The notes: generated by a model not told the origin, from the letters alone. 64,000 nucleotides of DNA from Mobula hypostoma (GCF_963921235.1 NC_086097.1:113338001-113402000), one strand, 5' to 3'. Numbered from the stretch's first letter, positions 26,205-40,176 are shown. Numbers and translations: made by a program.

Positions 26205-26520
26205 AGATGAAAAACATCAGGATCCAACATCCCTCTGCAACTGGATTCCTGACTTTCTTATCAGGAGACCAGTCTGTGTAGATTGGTAATAACATCTCTT
26301 CCTCGCAAAGGATCAACACAGGCACATCTCAAGGATGCATACTTAGCCCTACTGATTTACTCTATACTTGACTGTGTGACTAAGCACAGCTAAAACACCA
26401 TCGAACTTCACCAAAGACACCACTCTTGTTGGCAGAATCTCAAATGCATCAAGGAGCCGTACAGGAGTGAGGTACATCAGATGCGCAACAAAAAACTCGC
26501 ACTCAATGTCAGGAAGGGGA
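26205..26520 (+). mobile_element. Rex1/Babar-like RT fragment
   Basis: LCNWIPDF, INTGTSQGCILSPY remnants. Confidence 0.65.
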
Positions 26521-28069
26521 ACTTTTACTTGTGACATGCTCATGAATGTAAAAGATTCAGTGTCATTTGATTTACTTCCTGTGTTTGTCTGCAAAATCAA
26601 GGATTTACCACCAAAGCTTCTTCCGACTCACAGCAATGATGCAGGCCAGAAAATTAGTGTCTCCAGGAGCTATAGAGGTAAATGGGTGGACACTCTGGTA
26701 CAATGGAGGTTCAGAGGCTTCCGTATTGCTCTCCCGGCAATCTGCCTTTCTAATGTCTGGGCCAGTGAGTGACATTCAATCCGACTAACAAGGATTACAC
26801 CCATATTTCTGCCTTTTGTTTTGTAGAAACGTGGCTTAACTTGGACATACCAGACAAACTTGTTCAAGTGCGAGCGGATGATAATAGTGTGCTATGTGGC
26901 AAGTCAAGTGATGGTGGCTTGTGCATGTTTAGAAATAACAGATGATGCAGAGACGTGTCTGTCATTCTTTCCATTTCCTCAACTGACTTAGAGGCCCTTT
27001 TCATTCAATGTAAACCATTCCACCTAACCAGGGAATGTTACTGTGTTAAACAAGGGAGGTGCTACAAGTCCATCACCTCTAGGACTACACGGCATCTCCA
27101 AACCTTTCTTGTAGCTAACCAGCCACAGAACTCATGCAGGTGTAATCTCCCGTCTCTGTACAACTTGTGTTAAATGGTCTTTTCTGCTCTTCTTGTTTGT
27201 TGATAATTATTTAGTCTGTTCATATGTTCACATTTATTTGATTATTGACGGTTGTGCTAATTGTTGATGGCTGAGGGCTGTACACACCATTGTCTTATAA
27301 ATTGTTGGTTACTATTGTGTTGTCTGTTATGGTATTGTCCTAGGTTTAATGCTTGGCATCAAATCCCAATCAGTTCTGGTATGTTTCACATACCGGCAAT
27401 AAGGTGATTCTGATTCATATACTGGTGTTAATAAACCCAGTTATGACTTTTCACTCAGTATCTTTAACTGCCTTTGGGGTCTTCAGTTATTCTATAGTAA
27501 TGTTCTTCGACTCAGGTCTTCCATATTGAAGCACATTGTTCATCTCTGCCTGCACATCTATGTTTTGCCGCTTTGCAGCTCTGCAGTAAGTTAGCATTTT
27601 GAAACTTCGATAAATGTTCTACATAATAAAATACCTGGAAAATACAGCCCATTTTTTTCATACAAGTTGGAGAAAATACAATTTGCTTCTGGAGTAAATC
27701 ACTCAGTTCAGAATGCAATTAATTTATATCTTCATTACATTCTTCAACATTTGGACTACCAGCAACAGCTTGAGGATCTTCTTTGTGGATTTTAGCTCGG
27801 CCTTCAACACTATTGCTCTGGAGATGCTCCGCAGCAAGCTAACCCAGTTAACCCAAGCTAACCTTACAGTATCTGTCAGTGGATTACAAACTTCTTGACA
27901 GGAAGAAACAGAAATTTAAGTGCAAATACTCATACCAGGTAATATGAAAAATGTATTAGCACTGAAAATCAATCCAAAGCACACAAGCATTAACAATAAA
28001 TCAAAGTCACACATTTCATTAACATAACTTAGTTAAGTAACACAATTATGAAGATTGTAAGCCACGAAC

Positions 28070-28234
28070 CTGCTATGTCCTTTGTCTGCAGGGAAAATGC
28101 GAATAGATTTATCAAAACTGGCCGAGACAAACTCTTTTCCTGTTGGAGAGTAATCAACATCCAGCACTGCTGACACATGATCCTTATGAACCATCAGGGA
28201 TGAATCAAGATTGCGCATGTCAAAGGTGTATAAG
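28070..28234 (-). CDS. dcaf13: DCAF13 exon 8 (165 nt)
   Basis: LYTFDMRNLDSSLMVHKDHVSAVLDVDYSPTGKEFVSASFDKSIRIFPADKGHS(R); gcAG acceptor, GTtcgt donor. Confidence 0.95.
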
Positions 28235-29204
28235 CTGCATAAAGATTTAAAAAAAATATATATATAATCTATCACAAGCTAAAACACATGAATCAGAGAT
28301 AGCTTAATTTATAAAAAGACAGGAAAAATCCTATTCTATTCATTTAGATTTTTTGAAGAGGAAACAGATTTAACATTCAGTTATAATGTACACTTGTGGT
28401 TTAACATTTGAGTTATTCATCTCTTTGTCATTAAGTGCATCTAACATTATTTCATCAAGCACACTTCCTGTTACTTTGAACTTACTTCACCCTCATCAAT
28501 ATGAAGATTTTTAACAGAGGACTTCTCCCTTCTGAAGTTTTGCCTCTACCTTTGTCTAATTTTATTTAAAGTGCCTGGATTTTATCAAGTAAACAAACTA
28601 TGGCTTGTTTTAACGAGATTGCTTTAATACACTATTGTTTAAAAGGTCATGACTATACAATAATATTTAGGATCACAATAGCAGATGGGCAGTTTCACAT
28701 TCCTGACATAAGCAACTTTTTTCCAAAAAGCCATCTTTTACAATTACAGCGAAGGACTATCCAACCTATTGGTCTCAGATTCGTAAGTGTACAGGAGGCA
28801 GCCACTCACTCTTCAGGCCTGTGCTGGCACTTTGGCCCCACAGTTTAGCCTTTTCCAGGTAAGTGCAAATGAGTCTTCTTTGCCTCATCCAATGCCTTTT
28901 ATTGGTTCCTGGGGAATCCATTAACGTTTCAGTTAATGACTTCCAAAACCAAGTCATCATCTGTACAGAGAAAAACCTCATTTGCCCAGTCAATAATTTT
29001 ATACCTCTGACCTTGTTTTTCCATTCAGAGGATAACTTTACTTCCTCCATCTAACAGGCATTCATTTAACTTTCTAAAAAAAAATCCCTGTTCTTTTACT
29101 CTACATATACCAAACCGCTTCCGTGCCTTTTCCAAAATTTTAATACATTTCACAAAAAAATCTAGAATTTTTCAAACTACTCTAGCTGATGTCTAAGCAT
29201 TGCT

Positions 29205-29480
29205 GGAGTCATAGAGAAATACAACAGTAATATAGGCTCTTCAGCCCACTGAGTCCATGCCGACCATGGTGGCAAGCCAGCCAGTCCCAATTTCCTGTGT
29301 TCCGCCCATATCCCCAGAAGTTCTGCCCCTCCATGTACATATACAAGTACTTCTTAAATAATTACTTCGTTCTTGACTCATCCACTTCTTCTGGCAGCTT
29401 ACCATCTTCTGTGTGAAAATGTTGCCCCCTCACCCCAAATCTACTTCCCCTAGTCTTGACTTCCCCCAACCACAGGAAAA
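29205..29480 (-). mobile_element. Old CR1 3' fragment
   Basis: Diverged CR1-type 3' end with partial stem-loop. Confidence 0.5.
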
Positions 29481-30593
29481 TAGGTTGATAAAAAGTGTTC
29501 TACAACTTCATTATGTTTTGCACACTTCATTAATTGCCTTTACAAATGTATCATCATCAAATAAACATGCAAGTTGCTCTATCAATGGGACTCTCTCAAA
29601 ATAATACTATGTAGTTTATACTGACTTTACATGTTGTCTTTTATATGTTTTATAACTTCACTCTGAATCAAATTAAATTTTGTATACCTGTCCATTTCCT
29701 TGACCACATCTTCAGGAATTTTTTTATCATATCATCAAAATTTGTATTTGTCTGCAAATTTCCAAAAAAAAACCCTTTACCTAGGTCCTTATCAGTCAAA
29801 TATAAAAAGAATAGGAAAAATGATCTTAGTACTAACCCTAAAAAAAATCCTCAGTAGGAAAAATAGCCATTCACCAGTTGCTGCCTTTTATCATTCTCTA
29901 CAGCAATGGTCGCATTAGTAGCAAGTCAGTAATGCAGAATGATCGAGCAATTACACATTCACAAGATTTTTCTCCAATGTCTCATCTCAGAAGATAGCTC
30001 CATGCAAAAATAACAATATATTCGCTTGACAATACATCTTTATGATCGATGCATTGATATAATCACTTAGCACGATGACGAACTGCAGACTGTGATATGA
30101 AGATGCACACAAACATTTCAAGACTTCACTCAACATTTAAAAAAATCAAGTTGGCTTAGCGATTCCATCATCTTGAAAACAAATTATAATAAAGTACTGA
30201 TAATTTACTTTGCAATTGTTCATAAGTCCCAAGAATTCAGGAACTGTTTCATCTGGTAATATTTGTTGCATGCCTCAAAGACTTTTAATCTTACTGGTAC
30301 TCAGTTCCCACACACCTTGAAGAACCCTGTGGCTGTATTCTCACACTCCCTTTAAGCACCCGGGGCCCTGCTTTCTTTCCGATACTCACCCGGGCTCAGT
30401 GAAAAATTTGTTATATGGTTGTGTAATATATAAAGAAATAAATTACAAGTGGATTGAGGCACTGATGTGCCAGATTATCGGAGCTTTACTGTGTATTTAA
30501 ATACATGCAATGATGTTTACAATCATACACTGTTAATGAAGGGAAATGCAACTGAACCATTTTAAGCTGGAAATTCAAATACATCAAGGAAAT

Positions 30594-33440
30594 CATAGAA
30601 ACATAGAAAATATGTGCAGGAGTAGGCCATTCGGCCCTTTGAGCCTGCACCGCCATTTATTATGATCATGGCTGATCCTCCAACTCAGAACCCCGCCCCA
30701 GCCTTCCCTCCATACCCCCTGACCCCTGTAGCCACAAGGCCCATATCTAACTCCCTCTTAAATATAGCCAATGAACTGGCCTCAACTGTTTCCTGTGGCA
30801 GAGAATTCCACAGATTCACCACTCTCTGTGTGAAGAAGTTTTTCCTAATCTCGGTCCTAAAAGGCCTCCCCTCTATCCTCAAACTGTGGCCCCTCGTTCT
30901 GGACTTCCCCAACATCGGGAACAATCTTCCTGCATCTAGCTTGTCCAATCCCTTTAGGATTTTATACGTTTCAATCAGATCCCCCCTCAATCTTCTAAAT
31001 TCCAACGAGTATAAGCCCAGTTCATCCAGTCTTTCTTCATATGAAAGTCCTGCCATCCCAGGAATCAATCTGGTGAACCTTCTTTGTACTCCCTCTATGG
31101 CAAGGATGTCTTTCCTCAGATTAGGGGACCAAAACTGCACACAATACTCCAGGTGTGGTCTCACCAAGGCCTTGTACAACTGCAGTAGTACCTCCCTGCT
31201 CCTGTACTCGAATCCTCTCGCTATAAATGCCAGCATACCATTCGCCTTTTTCACCGCCTGCTGTACCTGCATGCCCACTTTCAATGACTGGTGTATAATG
31301 ACACCCAGGTCTCGTTGCACCTCCCCTTTTCCTAATCGGCCACCATTCAGATAATAATCTGTTTTCCTATTTTTGCCACCAAAGTGGATAACTTCACATT
31401 TATCCACATTAAATTGTATCTGCCATGAGTTTGCCCACTCACCCAACCTATCCAAGTCACCCTGCATCCTCTTAGCATCCTCCTCACAGCTAACACTGCC
31501 ACCCAGCTTCGTGTCATCCACAAACTTGGAGATGCTGCATTTAATTCCCTCATCCAAGTCATTAATATATATTGTAAACAACTGGGGTCCCAGCACTGAG
31601 CCTTGCGGTACCCCACTAGTCACCGCCTGCCATTCTGAAAAGGTCCCGTTTATTCCCACTCTTTGCTTCCTGTCTGCTAACCAATTCTCCACCCACACCA
31701 ATACCTTACCCCCAATACCATTTGCTTTAAGTTTGCACACTAATCTCCTGTGTGGGACCTTGTCAAAAGCCTTTTGAAAATCCAAATATACCACATCCAC
31801 TGGTTCTCCCCTATCCACTCTACTAGTTACATCCTCAAAAAATTCTATGAGATTCGTCAGACATGATTTTCCTTTCACAAATCCATGCTGACTTTGTCCG
31901 ATCATTTCACCGCTTTCCAAATGTGCTGTTATCACATCCTTGATAACTGACTCCAGCAGTTTCCCCACCACCGACGTTAGGCTAACCGGTCTATAATTCC
32001 CCGGTTTCTCTCTCCCTCCTTTTTTAAAAAGTGGAGTTACATTAGCCACCCTCCAATCCTCAGGAACTAGTCCAGAATCTAACGAGTTTTGAAAAATTAT
32101 CACTAATGCATCCACTATTTCTTGAGCTACTTCCTTAAGCACTCTAGGATGCAGACCATCTGGCCCTGGGGATTTATCTGCCTTCAATCCCTTCAATTTA
32201 CCTAACACCACTTCCCTACTAACATGTATTTCGCTCAGTTCCTCCATCTCACTGGACCCTCTGTCCCTTACTATTTCTGGAAGATTATTTATGTCCTCCT
32301 TAGTGAAGACAGAACCAAAGTAATTATTCAATTGGTCTGCCACGTCCTTGCTCCCCATAATCAATTCACCTGTTTCTGTCTGCAGGGGACCTACATTTGT
32401 CTTTACCAGTCTTTTCCTTTTCACATATCTATAAAAGCTTTTACAGTCCGTTTTTATGTTCCCTGCCAGTTTTCTCTCATAATCTTTTTTCCCCTTCCTG
32501 ATTAAGCCCTTTGTCCTCCTCTGCTGAACTCTGAATTTCTCCCAGTCCTCAGGTGAGCCACTTTCTCTGGCTAATTTGTATGCTTCTTCTTTGGAATTGA
32601 TACTATCCCTAATTTCTCTTGTCAGCCACGGGTGCACTACCTTCCTTGATTTATTCTTTTGCCAAACTGGGATGAACAATTGTTGTAGTTCATCCATGCA
32701 ACCGTTAAATGCTTGCCATTGCATATCCACCGTCAATCCTTTAAGTGTCATTTGCCAGTCTATCTTAGCTAATTCACGTCTCATACCTTCAAAGTTACCC
32801 CTCTTTAAGTTCAGAACCTTTGTTTCTGAATTAACTATGTCACTCTCCATCTTAATGAAGAATTCCACCATATTATGGTCACTCTTACCCAAGGGGCCTC
32901 TCACGACAAAATTGCTAATTAACCCTTCCTCATTGCTCAAAACCCAGTCCAGAATAGCCTGCTCTCTAGTTGGTTCCTCGACATGTTGGTTCAAAAAACC
33001 ATCCCGCATACATTCCAAGAAATCCTCTTCCTCAGCACCTTTACCAATTTGGTTCACCCAATCTACATGTAGATTGAAGTCACCCATTATAACTGCCGTT
33101 CCTTTATTGCACACATTTCTAATTTCCTGTTTAATACCATCTCCGACCTCACTACTACAGTTAGGTGGCCTGTACACAACTCCCACCAGCGTCTTCTGCC
33201 CCTTAGTGTTACGCAGCTCTACCCATATCGATTCCACATCTTCCCGGCTTATGTCCTTCCTTTCTATTGCGTTAATCTCTTCTTTAACCAGCAACGCCAC
33301 CGCACCTCCCCTTCCTTCATGTCTATCCCTCCTGAATATTGAATATCCCTGAACGTTGAGCTCCCATCCCTGGTCACGCTGGAGCCATGTCTCTGTGATC
33401 CCAACTATATCATAATCATTAATAACAATCTGCACTTTCA
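30594..33440 (-). mobile_element. CR1 LINE, 5'-truncated, ORF2 open (30685-33441)
   Basis: Near-identical to 7390-10188; RT motif reads FVDD instead of FADD. Confidence 0.97.
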
Positions 33441-33504
33441 TGTAGTGGGGTATTAGTAAAACTAACCTAATATGCTGCTATATGCCTGGAAGAAGGGCTG
33501 CTTT

Positions 33505-35039
33505 CAGAGCCTATAAAAAGTATTCACGCCCTTGAAAGTGTTCATGTTTTATTGTTTTACAACATTGAATTACAGTGGATTTAATTTGGATGTTTTGACA
33601 GTGATCAACAGAAAAAGACTTTGTAGAGATCTACTTTCACTTTGACATCAAAGTGATCCAAATTCATTACAAACATTAAGCAAAAAAATAATTGATTGCA
33701 TAAGTATTCACCCCCTTCAAGTGAGTATTTAATAGGTGCACCTTTGGCAGCAATTACAGCCTTGAGCCTGTGTGGATAGGTCTCTTTCAGCTTTGCACAT
33801 CTGGACATAGCAATTTCTCCTCCATTCTTCTTTACAAAACTGCTCAAGCTCTAGCATGGGATCGTGAATGAACAGACCTCTTCAAGTCCAGCCACAGATT
33901 CTCAACTGGATTGAGGTCTGGACTCTGACTGGGCCACTCCAGGGCATTCACTTTGTGGTTTTATCCCTTTCCTATGTAGCTTTGGCTTTATGCTTGGGGT
34001 CATTTTCTTGCTGGAAAACAAATCTTCTCCCAAGTCACAGTTCTCTTGCAGACTGCATCAGGTGGTTCTCCAGGATATCCCTGTATTTTGCTGCATTTAT
34101 TTTACCCTCTACCTTCACAAGCCTTCCAGGGCGTGTTGCAGTGAAGCACCCCCACAGCATGATGCAGTCACCACCATGCTTCATGGAGGGATGATGTTCT
34201 GATGATGTGCTGTGTTTGGTTTAAGCCAAACACAGTGTTTAGTCTGATGACCAAAAAGCTCAATTTTGGTTTCATCAGACCATAGAATCTTCTTCCAGCT
34301 AACTTTGGAGTCTCCCACATGCCTTCTGGCAAACTCTAGTCCAGATTTCATGAGGTTTTTTTCCCCCAACAGTGGCTTTCTCTTTGCCACTCTCCCATCT
34401 CAGCCACTGAAGCTTGTAACTCCTCCAGAGTTGTCATAGGTATCTTGGTGACCTCCCTCACTAGTCTCCTTCTTGCATGGTCACTCAGTTTTTGAGGACA
34501 ACCTGCACTAGGCAGATTTACAGCTGTGCCATATTCTTTCCATTTCTTGATGATTGACTTAACTGTACTCCAAGAGATATTTAGTGACTTGGAAATTTTC
34601 TTGTATCCATCTCGTGACTTGTGCTTTTCAATAACCTTTTCACGGAGTTGCTTGGAGTGTTATTTTGCCTTCATGATTTAGTGTTTGCCAGAATACTGAC
34701 TCACTAGCACCTGAAACACCTTGACCGCACACAGGTCTCCAAAAACAGATCTCCGTTTAACTAATTATGTGACATCTAAAACTAATTGGTTGCACCAGTG
34801 ATGATTTGGTGTGCCATATTAAAGGGGGGGGGGGAGAATACTTATGCAATTATTTTGTGTTTTGTATTTGTAATTAATTTAGATCACTTTGCATTGATCT
34901 GTTTTCACTTTGACAAGAAAGAGCCTTTTTCTGTTGATCAGTGTCAAAAAAAGCCGAATTAAATCCACTGTGATTCGATATTGTAAAACAATAAAACATG
35001 AAAAATTCCAAGGGGGGTGGATACTTTTTATAGGCATTG
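33505..35039 (-). mobile_element. Tc1-family transposon with long TIRs, disrupted transposase
   Basis: TIRs of about 200 bp (cagagcctataaaaagtattca... / ...atactttttataggcattg); RKPLL..WKKILWSDETKIELFG and RLKAVIAAKGA remnants. Confidence 0.92.
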
Positions 35040-35529
35040 CATATAACCCTTGCAGGTAGGGTAGTATCTGAAGAGAAAAGAAATAGGAGGAAAAGCAAAT
35101 AACATTCCAAAACAGGGTGGAGACAGAAAGGAAATAGTGAAAATGTTTGTTTACAAGCAAACTGAATTTGCTTTCTCCTGAATAAATTATTGAAAGTTAG
35201 TGGAAAAAAATATCTTCATTACTCTTAAACAACACACAGACCAAGGATCAACGCAGCTTTGGTAGCAAGTATAATCACATTCATGAATCCCTGTGACTTC
35301 ATTATGCAGCAAAATACTAGCAATTAAATTAAAATTTTAAACATTCCCTGACAAGCAATATATTCACAATAAATTCCCATCAACTACTTTGAAAGAAATC
35401 AATGAGTCTCTTCAAGATTACAACTGTGAACATACAGAAAATTAAATTTAGTGCAGTTTTAGCAGAAACAGCACAATGAGTTGGTTACAACTTTGTTCAG
35501 TAAGCACTAACCACATGACAAAATACAAC

Positions 35530-36560
35530 AAAAACACGAGAAAGTCTGCAGATGCTGGAAATCATAAGCAACACAGACACACACAAAGTGCTGGAGGAAT
35601 TCAGCAAGGTCAGGCAGCATCTATGGAAATGAATAGACAGTCAACATTTCAGGCCGAGACCCTCCTTCAGGGCTGAGAAGGAAGGGGGAAAAGATACCAG
35701 AATAAAAAGCTGGGGGTGAAGGGAAAGAGGCTTGCTGGAACCAGATGAGTGGGAGATGTCAAGGGCTGAAGAAGAACAAATCTGATAAGAGAGGAGAGAG
35801 GACAATAGGAGAAAGGGAGAAGGAGGGATCCTAGGGTGAAGTAATAGGAAGGTGAAAAGAGGTAAAAGGCCAGAGTGGGGAAAGGGGAAGGGGGGGGGGT
35901 TGGAGAATTTGTTTACTGGTATGTGAAATCAATATTCATGTCATCAGGTTGGAAGCTACCCAGATGGAATATAAGGATTTGTTCCTCCACCCTTAGGGTG
36001 GCCTCAACTTGGCACAAGAGGAGACCGTGGACTGACATGTTGGAACAGGATTGTTGTTTCTTTCCTCTCCTTTCTATAAGTGTATACCTCAGATAAGTAT
36101 TATGTGGAAATTTGTGACAAATATGATTATATGATATATATGTACAGTGTCTGAAATACATCTTGTGGAAATGTTTGTTTGATGATGAAATTCAATAAAA
36201 AATAAATTACAAAAAAAAAAGCATTATAATGTTTGGCCACCAGGAAGTCCCGCTTGTGGTGGATGGAGTGGAGGTGCTCAAAGAAACAGTTGCCTAATTT
36301 GCGACGGGTCTCACCAATGTAGAGGAGGCCAGACACAACAGAAGACTCCAGCAGATTCGCAGGTGAAGTGTTGCCTCACCTGGAAGAATGGCCAGAGGCC
36401 CTGAATAGAGGTGAAGGAGGTGGTTTATGGGCCGTTGTAGCACTTAGGCTGCTTACAGAGCTAAGTGCCGAGAGGGAGATTAGTGGAGAGGTACAAAAGG
36501 ACAAGGGAATCACAAAGAGGGAAATCCCTGCATAAATCGGGGAGGTAAAGATATGTTTAA
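35530..36560 (-). mobile_element. Penelope-like remnant with pLTR, interrupted at about 36050-36220
   Basis: GLLYIGETRRKLG, RVEEQILIFHLGSFQPD; degenerate hammerhead near 35638-35675. Confidence 0.82.
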
Positions 36561-36954
36561 ATCCTTTGGTACAACAGAAGTCTTCTAAATAAAATGTAAA
36601 TGATGCCTAAAGGCAGACATGCCCTCTTCTCATTGGTAACATCAAGGAGGTAGTACAGGAGCCAGAAGATCCTATTTAACCAGCAGCGGTCTGGACAGCA
36701 GGGGCTGCTACCAGTCAAGTAGATATTAATGATAAGTAAAATAATCACTGTAAGACACTAGCTATTTGTTGAATCTTTTCAGAAAAGATAATTAAGAAAT
36801 GGCTTACATTCTTAGAAGATAAGTGTATCTATCTACATGCATAAGTTAATGGACAGCCTAAAATTGAGATAGCTGGAACTACTGGAACAGTCCCTTTCAA
36901 AATGCTAATTTCTCCGACTTGTATAGATAAATTCCAGCTTCAAGAATCATAAAC

Positions 36955-37322
36955 ATATTCACAATGGCCTAGGTAGAGAGGACATAGAGAGGATGCATCC
37001 AATAGAGGGGGAGCCAAAGACCAGAGGGGACAGCCTCAGAATAGGACATCCCTTCAGAACAAAGATGAGGAGGAATTTCTTTAGCCAAAAGGTGGTGTAT
37101 CTGTGAAATTCATTGTCACAAACAGCTATGGAGGCCTACTCATTGGGTGTACTTAAAGTGGAGGTTGATAGGATCTTGATTTGTAAGGACATCAAAGGTT
37201 ATGGGGAGTAGGAAGGCAGGAGACTGGGTTGAGAGGGATAAAAGATCAGGCATGATGGAATGGCAGAGCAGACTCAATTGGCCACATGTGCAAACTCTGC
37301 TCCTATGTCTTATGTCTTATTT
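36955..37322 (+). mobile_element. CR1 3' fragment (older subfamily)
   Basis: RRNFFSQKVVYL motif; (tcttatg)n tail. Confidence 0.75.
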
Positions 37323-38316
37323 GAATCTTAATCTTGAAGAAATAAGTAAAACAGGCTGTCAGTAAATCTACTGCCTACATATCAAAGTTCAAAGTACATT
37401 TATTATCAATGTATTACATTGTATACAATGTATACCTAGGCCTCTGTACCTCCCTCTGCAATTGGATCCTCGACTTCCTAACCAGAAAACCACAATCTGT
37501 GCGGATTGATGATAACGTTTCCTCCTCACTGATGATCAACACTGGTGCACCTCGGGGGTGTGTGCTTCTCTAACTGCTCTACCCTGTATACACCCATGAC
37601 TGTGTGACAAGGCATAGCTCAAATACCATCTATAAATTTGCTGATGATACAACCATTGTTGGTAGAATCTCAGGTGGTGACGAGAGGGCGCACAGGATTG
37701 AAATATGCCAACTAGTAGAGTAGTGCCGCAGCAACAACCTGGCACTCAATGTCAGAAAGGGTAAGACGAAGGAACACATACCAATCCTCACAGGGGGATC
37801 AGAAGTGGAGAGAGTCAGTAGTTTTAAGCTCCTGGGTGTCAGGATCTCTGAAGATCTAACCTGGTCCCAACATATCGATGCAGTTATAAAGAAGGCAAGG
37901 CAGCGGCTACACTTTATTAGGAGCCTGAAGAGACTTGGTATGTCAACAAACACACTCAAAAACTTCTACAGATGTACCGTGGAGAACATTCTGACAGGCT
38001 GCATCACTGTCTGGTCTGGCAGGGTGGGGAGCTATGGCACAGGACCGAAAGAAGCTACAGAGGGCTGTAAATTTAGACAGCTCCACCTTGCGCTAGTACT
38101 AGCCTACAAAGTACCTAACACATCTTCAAGGAGCGGTGTCTCAGAAATGCAGCGTCCATTATTAAGGATCTCCAGCACCCAGGGCATGCCCTTTTCTCTA
38201 TGTTAACACTGTACAGAAGCCTGAAGGCACACTCAGCAATTCAGGAACAGCTTCCTCCCCTCTGCCATCCAATTCCTAAAGGGACATTGGAACTACCTTA
38301 CTTTTTAAAAAAAATA

Positions 38317-39737
38317 CAGGTGTCCCCCACTCTTTGAACGTTCGCTTTATGACACCTCGCTGTTACAAAAGACCTACATTAGTTACCTGTTTTCGCTAAC
38401 AGAAGGTGTTTTCACTGTTAGGAAAAAAGGCAGCGTGTGAAAAATCGTGTCAAAAAGGAAGCGCACGCCCTGAGCAGCCAGGCTCCTCCCCCGGATCTGC
38501 ATTCTAGCCGGCATTCCTTAAACACTTGCCTGTGAGCATCTGTGCTTTATCTTGATTTATTTTGAGCATCCGTTAGCAAGATGAGTTCTAAGGTATCAGA
38601 AAAGCTGAAAGGAGCTCATAAGGGTGTTACACTTAGCGTGAAACAAGACATCATTAAGTGTTTCGATCATGGTGAACGAAGTAAGGACTAGGTGAGTTTG
38701 GCTTGTGGAAGTTGATGATGATGATATTGAAGAGGTTTTGGCATCCCATGACCAAGAACTGATAGATGAAACATAGAAACATAGAAAATAGGTGCAGGAG
38801 TAGGCCATTCGGCCCTTCGAGCCTGCACCGCCATTTATTATGATCATGGCTGATCATCGAAACCGAATGCAGTAGCGAATGGACCGAAAGTGAAATCGTC
38901 CAGGAACTGAATGTGAAGCAACTGTGTGAGATTTTCGTTGCAATTGACAACAAGGATTGCAGAAAAGTACGACTTTAATTTTGAAAGGGTACGTAGGTTT
39001 ATTTGCAGGATGGTTTGAGTGTTTACAAAGAACTGTATGACAGAAAAATGTGCGAGGCTACGCAGTCAAGCATACTGTCGTTTTTCAAGCCTCCCACATC
39101 AGCCACAGCAGACAATGAACCTTGACCTTCGACATTGAGGCAGGCAGACGTAGAAGCTGATCTGCCTGCCCTGATGGAAATAGACGACGATGAGATGACA
39201 CCCCAGTGTCCCACCACCCCAACCTCCGACGACTCAGCCTAACACACCATCATCAGGGTGTTCGCTGTCTTCTCGATTCCGGTAAGTGAAACTACACTGT
39301 ACATACATTATTTCTACTTTATATAGGCTGTGTATTTTTATGTGTTATTTGGTATGATTTGGCAGCTTCATAGCTTAAAGGTTACTGGAGAGCGCTTGCG
39401 CGTGTTTCTGCCGAGAGCGCTTGCGCCAAGATTGCTGCCCAGAGTGCTTGCGTGAGATTTTCAGTATGGTTGACAGCGCAGCAACGATTACAGAAAAGAA
39501 TTTCTACTTTATATAGGCTGTGTATTTATTATATTATTCCTGCTTTTACTATATGTTATTGTTATTTTAGGTTTTATGTGTTATTTGGCATGATTTGGTA
39601 GATTATTTTTTGGGTCTGCGAACGCTCACTAATTTTTCCCATATAAATAAATGGTAATTACTTCTTCACTTTATGACATTCCGGCTTACGAACCGTTTCA
39701 TAGGAACACTCTACCTTCGGATGGTGGGGAAAACCTG
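38317..39737 (+). mobile_element. Tigger/pogo-like non-autonomous element, copy 2
   Basis: TA|caggtgtccccc ... ggggaaaacctg|TA; collinear with 15745-17219. Confidence 0.88.
38768..38858 (-). mobile_element. 91-bp CR1 3'-end insertion inside Tigger
   Basis: Identical to the CR1 3' terminus at about 7390-7475. Confidence 0.9.
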
Positions 39738-39950
39738 TATATAGTATTTCTGTGTTTTGCACAATTTTTAATCTATTCAATATACGTATACTGTATAAAG
39801 TACACTGAATAAGATTTAATTATTATTTTTTTACTATATTATGTATTGCATTGAACTGCTGCTACTAAGTTAACAAATTACATGTCACATGTCGGTGATA
39901 ATAAACCTGATTCTGATTCAGTACACAACCCCAAGATTCATCTTCCCGCA

Positions 39951-40176
39951 GGGAGGGAACGTCAACTCAGACCATGAGAGGCCTGCGTCAGGCATTTTCA
40001 TGCCTTACAAGGTGCAGGTTGGAAGTCTGTGTGGGGCGCCACTCCTCGCACAGACACTAGAGCAATGTGTGATTAAGTGCCTTGCTCAAGGACACAAAAA
40101 CGCTGCCACAACTGAGGCTCGAACTAGTAACCTTCAGATCACTAGACGAATGCCTTAACCACTTGTCCACGTGCCC
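39951..40176 (-). mobile_element. tRNA-derived SINE with CORE-like central motif
   Basis: A box tggacaagtgg, B box agttcgagcc, then tgtgtccttgagcaaggcacttaa. Confidence 0.75.

Larger units (their letters stand above)
37435..39920 (+). mobile_element. Rex1/Babar-like LINE 3' half, split by a Tigger in its 3'UTR
   Basis: KFADDTTIVGRISG, ERVSSFKLLGVRISEDLTW; 3'UTR resumes at 39740 and ends aataaacctgattctgattc. Confidence 0.85.

Noticed and set aside
28377..28458. Possible intronic C/D box snoRNA (TTGATGA...CTGA on the minus strand)
   Set aside because: Non-consensus C box, no terminal stem and no recognisable guide; an Infernal or snoscan run would be needed.
30375..30400. Strong donor-like CGG|GTGAGT on the minus strand
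   Set aside because: No convincing upstream acceptor or reading frame, and DCAF13 is complete here without it.
30662..33352. Long plus-strand ORFs (230, 134, 258 aa) and equivalents at 7457-10141 and 59178-59837
   Set aside because: Antisense shadows of CR1 ORF2; lengths vary between copies and no motifs are recognisable.
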